From the NCBI GenBank assembly GCA_044236265.1, contig JBIIGV010000085.1:1-11953 (forward strand): a stretch of 11,953 nucleotides of DNA, written 5' to 3'. The notes below the pieces were generated by a model that worked only from the letters and a program-made list of their open reading frames with translations, made no database searches and had not been told where the DNA came from. The position numbers were made by a program, and so were the translations under genes. Every line of letters starts with the position of its first letter. Position 1 is the stretch's first letter. The stretch comes from Oligoflexales bacterium. Lineage in GTDB: Bacteria; Bdellovibrionota_B; Oligoflexia; Oligoflexales; RGVZ01. Positions 1-6,900 of this stretch are shown piece after piece.

Positions 1-917
1 CGCTTTTGATACACCGAACGCCAAGAGCGCACGAGACTTGTAAAAGCCTCCCCACAGGTACCGACTCTAGCCTTTCGAATCGCAATATCCTTCCAGAGCA
101 AATCAGACGTCCCCGGGGAACAATCAGTCAAAAAATCCTTAAAACGAAGCTGGTCGACGTCTCGTCCAGCATAGAAGTCGCCTACGCGTCCGATCATCCC
201 CACAAAGTATGGAAAATTAATCAGACCTTGCCTAAAGAAGACGTCAGGATCCGTAGCATCCAAGTCTACAAGAGACAGAGCTGCTTTACGCACTTCCAAA
301 ACACGATTTTTAAATCCGCCGTATTCAACATCAGCAGTGGGCTCAAGCATTCGTAGAATATCAGGATTGACTAGATTCTTGATATCATCAGACCTAAGAG
401 CCGTCTTCAAACTAGCTGCTAATTTAGTCAAATCCGAAGGCGGGATTTCAAACACCTTGTGTGATTTCAATTTTTGACCGATGACCACCGCTGATTGCAG
501 TGATTGCCACTCAGGTTCTGTTGAAAGTTGCTCCGCAAAACCAACCAGCGACTTTAACAATAATGCGACAGCATCCTTTCGGCTCATTGCATCAAGGCCG
601 ATGACGCCAGGGTTCATAAGCATACTTTCATAGATAAAAGTAGATATGGTAGCCGAACTTCCGCCAGCCATCGCATCGATGACACCCCATTGTGAGGTAA
701 GCCGCGCAAGACCGGTGGCATGGGCGACGATATGGGTTCCGTTACCCCGCAAGGCTACACATCTTTCAAGGCGAAGATTTTTATCATCTCGTAACTCAGC
801 CGTAGGTTTGCGCTCCTTACAAGCAGATACACCCAGCATTGCAAAACACAATAAAAGAATCGCAAAAAAGCTGGTTCGGCGAAGCATGGACAGATCAGTC
901 TTAATTAGGATTGTCAT
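1..917 (-). CDS. Predicted lipoprotein with divergent patatin-like (phospholipase/lipid acyl hydrolase) N-terminal motifs; 3' end lies outside the window
   Basis: Hand translation of the minus strand is open from ATG 917 (alternative ATG 887) to base 1: MTILIKTDLSMLRRTSFFAILLLCFAMLGVSA-CKERK...CVALRGNGTHIVAHATGLARLTSQWGVIDAMAGGSSATIS...VRSWRSVYQK. It has a basic + hydrophobic signal peptide with lipobox VSAC (830..819). LRGNG...AH..GL..L...D.MAGGSSA follows the patatin order of Gly-rich loop then GxSxG. An SD-like AAGGGG lies upstream of ATG 917. Confidence 0.75.
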   Translation of the reverse strand, partial: MTILIKTDLSMLRRTSFFAILLLCFAMLGVSACKERKPTAELRDDKNLRLERCVALRGNGTHIVAHATGLARLTSQWGVIDAMAGGSSATISTFIYESMLMNPGVIGLDAMSRKDAVALLLKSLVGFAEQLSTEPEWQSLQSAVVIGQKLKSHKVFEIPPSDLTKLAASLKTALRSDDIKNLVNPDILRMLEPTADVEYGGFKNRVLEVRKAALSLVDLDATDPDVFFRQGLINFPYFVGMIGRVGDFYAGRDVDQLRFKDFLTDCSPGTSDLLWKDIAIRKARVGTCGEAFTSLVRSWRSVYQK

Positions 918-923
918 ATCGTA

Positions 924-2471
924 TCACCCCTTATGATGATGATGATTAGCTGGTTTCTCAAGGGACCAAAATTGCGAAGTCCTGCTAGCAGCGTCGAAAA
1001 TTGTCTTATGCGGATTGAACAAAAAACGAGGTACTTCCGTGAAGATAACGTTGCAATGTCTGCTACTACCTAGAAGTTCGTAAAGTATCGACTCCTGGTA
1101 GAACACATCGCGTCCGCGCCAGGATTTTTTTGCAATGAGCCAGAAAGGATGCCCCTCCCACGAGGCCAAAGTCGCCTTGTTGGGAATCTCTGCAGCAACG
1201 AATACGGGATTGAAATGGGTAGCCAAACGGGGATCCTCAAGAAACTTTTGGCGATCATCGGCCGATGCATGAGGCACTTCCAGACAAAGCTTTTGTGTGG
1301 CGCCATCGACCTCAGCAAAAACACATGTACCACCCACATCCTTTTGAGTGTTGGGCACCTGCCCCATGATCACCAAGGGACGATTCCAAGCACCAATGTC
1401 AGTCGGATAAGCACCCGAACTATGAAAAAGAGACTCAAGCACGGCTTTCAAGGCGTTCTTAGGATCAGTCACTTTGATAGACCAAAGGTTTAAAAGGTCA
1501 AGCGCTCTACTTTCAGCAAAAGCCGTATCCGTTGATTTAAGAGCCCCCCGAATCCCATCAATCAACTCGAGTGTTTTCCGAAAAACATTTAAAAATTTCC
1601 TCGTCGCCTCTACAACCTCTCCTGACGTTCCAGAAACATTGTCAATATTTCTAATGAAGACGCCTCTAGCCTCAGGAAAATCAATTTTTACATCTGGTAG
1701 CAAATTGGCCAAAGACCCATGTCCTGCAGGAACGCTGCTAGGTTGCCCTTCAGCGTCCAAAGCAATTTTCCCTTCATGATCAAATCTGACGGTTGCCAGG
1801 GCTGCGCCCTGCTCGTAACACTTCACATCACTACTGGTCATGAGCGACGAAGAAACTCGCAAAAGATCATTCTGCCGCCCAGGAGGGCACACATAAATCT
1901 CGCCTGCAAAGTCACCAACAGCCTGATGTTCGAGTAATTTCGTTTCAAAAAAAGTCAAACCATCCAAAACCGCTGGGTATAAAGCCTTTGGCGACTCCAT
2001 CTCTCTTAATAGATCCGCAGCAAGCGCTTCAGGAATAGAACCGGCATTGGCGTCAACAATCTCCACCAATTGATGAAATGCTCGCGGGAGCGGACAAGAT
2101 AAAATTTTCTGTTTGATCAATTCTCTTACAATCTGATTTATAGCCGGAGTACTTGCGCTTCGCAATGCGTCCATCAGGGGCTGTAAAGGCAGAAGATAAC
2201 GACTAGACGCCCCAGCTGCAGGAACGAATGCTACGATCCCAATATCGGCATTAGCTCGATACTCACTCGAAGGAAGAGGACAAATCCCACCGTTATCGAA
2301 TCGGCAAGAGTCGATAATTTTAAAAAATCGTCCCTGCGCACTAGAGAGGAACGAGTGAATATTTTTTTGATGGGCTTTCACGGCATCGACATCAAGCCCC
2401 ATAGCTCTGATCCGATCCACAAGATCCTGAGGCAAAATATTATTGCTTGATGAGCCAGAAGACCCGTTCAA
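924..2471 (-). CDS. DUF4301-family-like protein, probable nucleotide-sugar pyrophosphorylase (UDPGP-like) fold
   Basis: Motifs FVPAAGASSR, PAGHGSL, FIRNIDNV, NRPLVIMGQVPN..DVGG, THFNPV and EVPRFLFNPHKT occur in the order I recall for DUF4301 (FVPASGAASRMF, PGGHGAL, FIKNIDNV, NRPIRVCGMV, THFNPV, EVP..TFNPVK). Start placed at TTG 2471 (515 aa) because GAGGT at 2481..2477 precedes it; the ORF track starts at ATG 2516. Confidence 0.8.
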   Translation of the reverse strand: MNGSSGSSSNNILPQDLVDRIRAMGLDVDAVKAHQKNIHSFLSSAQGRFFKIIDSCRFDNGGICPLPSSEYRANADIGIVAFVPAAGASSRYLLPLQPLMDALRSASTPAINQIVRELIKQKILSCPLPRAFHQLVEIVDANAGSIPEALAADLLREMESPKALYPAVLDGLTFFETKLLEHQAVGDFAGEIYVCPPGRQNDLLRVSSSLMTSSDVKCYEQGAALATVRFDHEGKIALDAEGQPSSVPAGHGSLANLLPDVKIDFPEARGVFIRNIDNVSGTSGEVVEATRKFLNVFRKTLELIDGIRGALKSTDTAFAESRALDLLNLWSIKVTDPKNALKAVLESLFHSSGAYPTDIGAWNRPLVIMGQVPNTQKDVGGTCVFAEVDGATQKLCLEVPHASADDRQKFLEDPRLATHFNPVFVAAEIPNKATLASWEGHPFWLIAKKSWRGRDVFYQESILYELLGSSRHCNVIFTEVPRFLFNPHKTIFDAASRTSQFWSLEKPANHHHHKG

Positions 2472-2515
2472 TGAAAACCTCAAAATAGAATAACTGCCGT
2501 TTTTAACGAGTCCCA

Positions 2516-2524
2516 TTATGCCAT
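2516..2524 (-). promoter_or_regulatory. Possible extended -10 promoter element (TGnCATAAT) for the DUF4301-like gene
   Basis: The minus strand reads TGGCATAAT, a 5/6 match to TATAAT with the TG extension. No convincing -35. It overlaps ATG 2516, which favours the downstream TTG start. Confidence 0.35.
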
Positions 2525-2576
2525 GAAGGCGGGTCGCAAAACAGCCAAAAAAGGCAAAGATTACTGCTTATTCAGC

Positions 2577-3809
2577 CTAAGGCCGATCCGTCCACTGATC
2601 GAGCAATCCGCCCGCCGCTAGCCGAACTCCTGGGGAAATGCTGCTTGTCAACTCCGACGCGACGGCGTCCAAAAGATCACGCGATGGATGGACCTTCTTT
2701 AACGCCCTCATAATTGCAGCCTTATGCCAACCCAAATTAGCATCACTGAGCATACGGCGCACCAATTCACCATTCAACTTTGTCGGCGCAAGATCGGCCA
2801 ACCTGGAGATGATCGCCTCCAAGACTTCGGGGGATATTTTATTTAAACTCTTGGCAATTAGGGCCTCAAGAAAGTCTGCCGAAACATGAGCAGATCGCCT
2901 CACAATCGCCTCTTGCCAACGGTTACTTAGCTGTAAAAACTTCTTCGGCAAATCAGATAGCGTCATAGTCATTGCAGCACAATATGCGGTCAGTGAATAT
3001 CCGTAGTCAGTAAGCTCAACGCCACGGGTTTTTGAACGCCGCGCCTTTGACTCTTCAACTACAATGCCTGCAGCCGTAAAAATTTCACGCAGCGCCGGCC
3101 GATCAATAAGAATTTGACTCTCACCTTTACCAATACGAACTAGTACTGACAGCAATTCAGGAATGTTTTCCTCGAGCACAAATGGCTGCGCAGCATCACC
3201 GGCTGCTGCCAGCATAGCGTATCGCATACGGTGAAAATCCATGGCCCAAGCTGTGGCTTTGCACTCGTGACCGAGCTCCAAAACGATCGTTGCAAGCATG
3301 GCATCATACTCAGGAATAAAAACCTGACTCTCAACTCTTTCAATTGCTTGTAGACCATCACGAAGTTTTCTGAGAACAGCAGTGCCTAGCCCCAAGTCCG
3401 CATCCAAGGCATCCTCGTCTCTAGCTCCCGCAGCGCAAACATAAGCCCACGTTAAAAACTCACGATCATCACAGCAAATACTGCGGGGGCGGTATAGCCC
3501 CAGCTCCATTGCCGCCTCAATCATGTCATGACAAATAATTTCCGCGTCACCCCTCGGAATTCCGTAGTCTAACTGCAAAAAATCAATCATTAGCGCCGAA
3601 AATACTGGCACTTGTAACCAATCTCGATGCCGCATCATGGCGTATGCAAGGTCCACAAAAAGAATTCCACGGATACTACGCGCAAGCTGGGCAATCTTAG
3701 GTGTGTGACTTGTTATTTCAGAAAACTCACGCTCAAGTGTCTTTAGTTCCCACTGGTTAAGACCAGCGTTCAAACTATTCATCTTATTGTCGATGACACT
3801 CCAGCTCAC
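2577..3809 (-). CDS. Hypothetical protein with two internally repeated winged-helix-like units and a C-terminal HEAT/ARM-like helical region
   Basis: Long ORF (425 aa from TTG 3854). A strong SD, AGGAGGT at 3819..3813, precedes GTG 3809 (410 aa), although the spacing is short; ATG 3782 is an alternative start. The C-terminus HKAAIMRALKK...LLDAVASELTSSISPGVRLAAGGLL is HEAT-like. Confidence 0.8.
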   Translation of the reverse strand: MSWSVIDNKMNSLNAGLNQWELKTLEREFSEITSHTPKIAQLARSIRGILFVDLAYAMMRHRDWLQVPVFSALMIDFLQLDYGIPRGDAEIICHDMIEAAMELGLYRPRSICCDDREFLTWAYVCAAGARDEDALDADLGLGTAVLRKLRDGLQAIERVESQVFIPEYDAMLATIVLELGHECKATAWAMDFHRMRYAMLAAAGDAAQPFVLEENIPELLSVLVRIGKGESQILIDRPALREIFTAAGIVVEESKARRSKTRGVELTDYGYSLTAYCAAMTMTLSDLPKKFLQLSNRWQEAIVRRSAHVSADFLEALIAKSLNKISPEVLEAIISRLADLAPTKLNGELVRRMLSDANLGWHKAAIMRALKKVHPSRDLLDAVASELTSSISPGVRLAAGGLLDQWTDRP

Positions 3810-3812
3810 ATG

Positions 3813-3819
3813 ACCTCCT
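3813..3819 (-). promoter_or_regulatory. Shine-Dalgarno sequence AGGAGGT
   Basis: Near-complete SD consensus 3 nt upstream of the in-frame GTG at 3809. Confidence 0.6.
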
Positions 3820-3863
3820 AAGCCAGAAAAGCCAATGGATTTAGCAACTCTCAACCAATTCTT

Positions 3864-3869
3864 ATTATA
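3864..3869 (-). promoter_or_regulatory. Consensus sigma70 -10 box (TATAAT) for the leftward genes
   Basis: Plus-strand ATTATA at 3864-3869 is TATAAT on the minus strand, in the divergent intergenic region about 55 nt upstream of GTG 3809. The -35 position (TCGTTA at 17-bp spacing) is weak. Confidence 0.5.
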
Positions 3870-3926
3870 TCCGATACTGTCTCAGATAACGAGTATTCGG
3901 GACCGCTATAAGTCACCTGGAGACGC

Positions 3927-6900
3927 ATGTCAGAGACATCTGCAATTTTAGAGGCTTTGCTTGAAGAAAATGGATACCAAAAATCCATCTCAGGCCATGA
4001 CGTCATATGGAGACTACAAAACGACGACGCCAAATCGACAATTCAGGGGCGCGTCGAAATCCTGGAGAGAAAAAGTCTTTTTCACATTACAAAATGCCAG
4101 CTGCGCCTGAATCCAGAGAGCATTGCTCAGAAAATCCGGGCAAATTTCAAGAAACGATTCACGCGCACCGCATCGTGGATGCATACGATTGAGACAGATG
4201 GAAGAATTCGAATCATTGCAGAGGTTTCAGCAGCACCAGATATAAAAACAACGGGCGTAGAGACACCAGCGCGAAGATCCACCAAGATGGGAACTTGCAT
4301 CGGCTGGACCGTTAACATTTCACACATCAATTCGCAAATTTCGCTTCAAATTACGGATACATTTCTTATCGGCGATTATATATCCCACTGGTGGCCAGAT
4401 CTTGTCACATCGGTAGCTGAATCCTATACACCTTTCTCTTTGAAGGCATGGACACCGAGGCATTTGGCCGAGTTTCAGATCCCGCTCGCCATCGCCGGGG
4501 GCAAAGCGAAGAAAGCAAAATCACAGCGTCGGCCGTTCAACGAAACCATGGTAGTTGAATTGCCAATTCCGCTTAAAATCACCAAATCCAGAGATCTCAT
4601 TACTCTTGAGACGACATTGGAGCCCGCAACTCAAGCAGAAACCCCTCTCGAAATTATTGAAGCAAGAGAAACTTCCGAAACATGGAAGAGCATCGACACA
4701 AAAATCCTTCTAAGGAAGCAGCCCGACGCAGTCGCGCGACATGTTCCTTTGGACAATGACGTCTTGATGCGACTTGCCGCCGAACCAAATCTAAAGATTG
4801 AGCATCCGAAAAAGGACTTGGTCGCAATTATAGACTCCACGACCGATCGAAGCCTCATGTCCATGACAGGTATCACACAGTTGGCATCAAGACTTGAGTC
4901 ACAAAAATCCATCATCCAGCACCTCTCAGCAACTATCCGTCAAATTTCAGAAACCTATGGCGCAATTGACTCCTTAGACCCTTTATCAAGAGTCGTTCCA
5001 GAAACACTCGGTGACGCGTGGGCTTCAGTGGATCCCAATATGGCTTACCGATGCTGGAATGTCGCACTCGAAAACTCAAGCCAAAACCCTCGGATTCTCC
5101 GGAAGATCTCACAAATGGCTAAAACCTCGGGGAACCTGGACATTGAAATCGACGCCACATTGAAAATATTGGCTCACGGACGTCGAAAGGTAGAAATCGC
5201 CGAAGGCGCAAACCGACTCGTGGAAATCATGGAGAGCGGTTCAGGCGCCACAGAGGCATGGGCTAGCAAAATAACGGATGGCCTAGAACGCGCATTAGGC
5301 CTTTGCAACGATGATCCCACGCTAGCTCTTCAAATTGCAGAAATACTTGCCATCAATGGGCGACACCGAGATGTATTGACACACCTTGACGCCGTTCTCT
5401 CCCAAACTGAAAAAAGTCGTGATGCTCAGCTGATTTTCAAGACAAACCTGATCATGGCCAGAATATGGCACAAAAAAGAGGGCAATATTAAGCTAGCTAA
5501 TTACCGATATAACAGCGCACTTTCATCGGGAGCGAAAATATCGGACAACGAGCTTGCAGAATTTGAGCAGTTCTTTATTGAATCAAAAAATAGTGATGGT
5601 GTTGAACGCGTCATGCAAATGCGCGCATCACAACCCGATCCTCAGGCAAGAGTAAAAGCCTTGCATCGAAGTGCTCTCTACAATCACAAAGACGGAAATC
5701 TGCAGAAATCATCCACAAATGTAATAGAGTTACTATCAGAAGGCATTGTCGACATTCAGTATTTGACAATCCTGGAATCTGCGAACCAACAATTACCCAC
5801 AATGACACAGGCACTTGTTATCGCAATGATGCGCGCTGACATTAGCGGCCTTACTAAAGATGAACAGATTCGATGGAAACTCTCTGCTACAAGGGCCGGA
5901 CTTGAAATCCCAGAATTGCAATCTGATGCCATCGTAGCGATGACAACGCCTGGCATTCTGCCGCTTCTATCGAGCAAAGAGGCCAACATCATCTTGAAGC
6001 ATAAATTAGCTCACGCTGACTCAATCGATGTCTCGAATTTTATCAGCAACCGACTTCCATATGCAGATCAGCAAGAGTACCAGCATCTATTAGTCACTGT
6101 TACGGAAAAAGATTTAATCTCCGCTGATGGACTCTACGAGAACGCATTCGCATCCCTCGCAGGCCAAAGTCAAAATTTGTCACTAAGCAAAGCTCGACTG
6201 CTGAAGCACATTCAATCCGAGCGAGTCAAAGAACTGCGCGCTCTATTAAAGGCTCACGAGATTTCACTGCAAGGAACACCCCAAGTCACATCACTGCGCG
6301 ATAACGCAATCGACCAAATTTGCGCATCGCAGAATCAGATTTTTGCCGAGGAACTCGAAGATCTCTGTTCTGCGGCGATTTCCGATACCTCTCCGGGATC
6401 AGCAAGCCGAAATACCATTATTCACACGTTGATTGCATCTGGATTTCTAGCAATCGGCAAAGGCTTCTTGATAAACGAAATCGAGAGCGGAAATATCTGT
6501 ATCGTCGATGAGACAGTCGTGGAAAGCTTGCTCGCCGATGACACCCAAAGTCTTGCAGACTGGCACAAACTATGTCGAAACACAACTAACGACCCGAAAC
6601 GGCGTTTGGCGCACTCGCAGCGATATTTTGACTTATGGATGAGAACGAATGAAAGACCATCTTTTCTCATCGATGTACTAGAAGATTTTGGATCGAGACA
6701 GCCTCTCAGTGTAGAAAAACTGGAACTACTCGAGTTTCTGTGCGTCAGAGAGCGGAAGCTCGAACGATGGCTAAAGCAAATAGCAAATAAGATTTCATCG
6801 TCTGACCAAGATGGTCAAAATGACCTATTATGCTGGGCCGTCCGAGTCATCAACAGCAGGCTCGATAACTTTGAGCGTTCTGCCGAATTCTGCATCCAAG

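Noticed and set aside
6..936. Plus-strand ORFs 6..356 and 646..936
   Set aside because: They are antisense to the minus-strand lipoprotein frame, which has a signal peptide, an SD and enzyme-like motifs.
1878..1886. PPG EF-P-dependent stall motif in the DUF4301-like protein, near epmA
   Set aside because: Single diproline motifs are common, and the window's proteins show no polyproline enrichment.
1070..1937. Small ORFs within the DUF4301-like gene
   Set aside because: They are fully nested in a well-supported CDS and have no recognisable motifs.
2530..2560. Possible terminator GCC-TTTTTT-GGC-TGTTTT on the minus strand
   Set aside because: The stem has only three Watson-Crick pairs, too weak to call.
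3806..3811. ATG-TGA start-stop overlapping the GTG start, right after the SD
   Set aside because: The ATG is only 1 nt from the SD, too close for efficient initiation; probably coincidental.
3875..3895. LexA-box-like TACTGT-N8-ACGAGTA
   Set aside because: The right half is ACGA rather than ACAG, it is not upstream of uvrA, and the E. coli-type box is not expected in the inferred lineage. Kept only as a generic inverted repeat.
3851..4033. 60-aa minus-strand ORF across the divergent region
   Set aside because: It overlaps the TPR gene start on the opposite strand and the promoter elements, and has no recognisable features.
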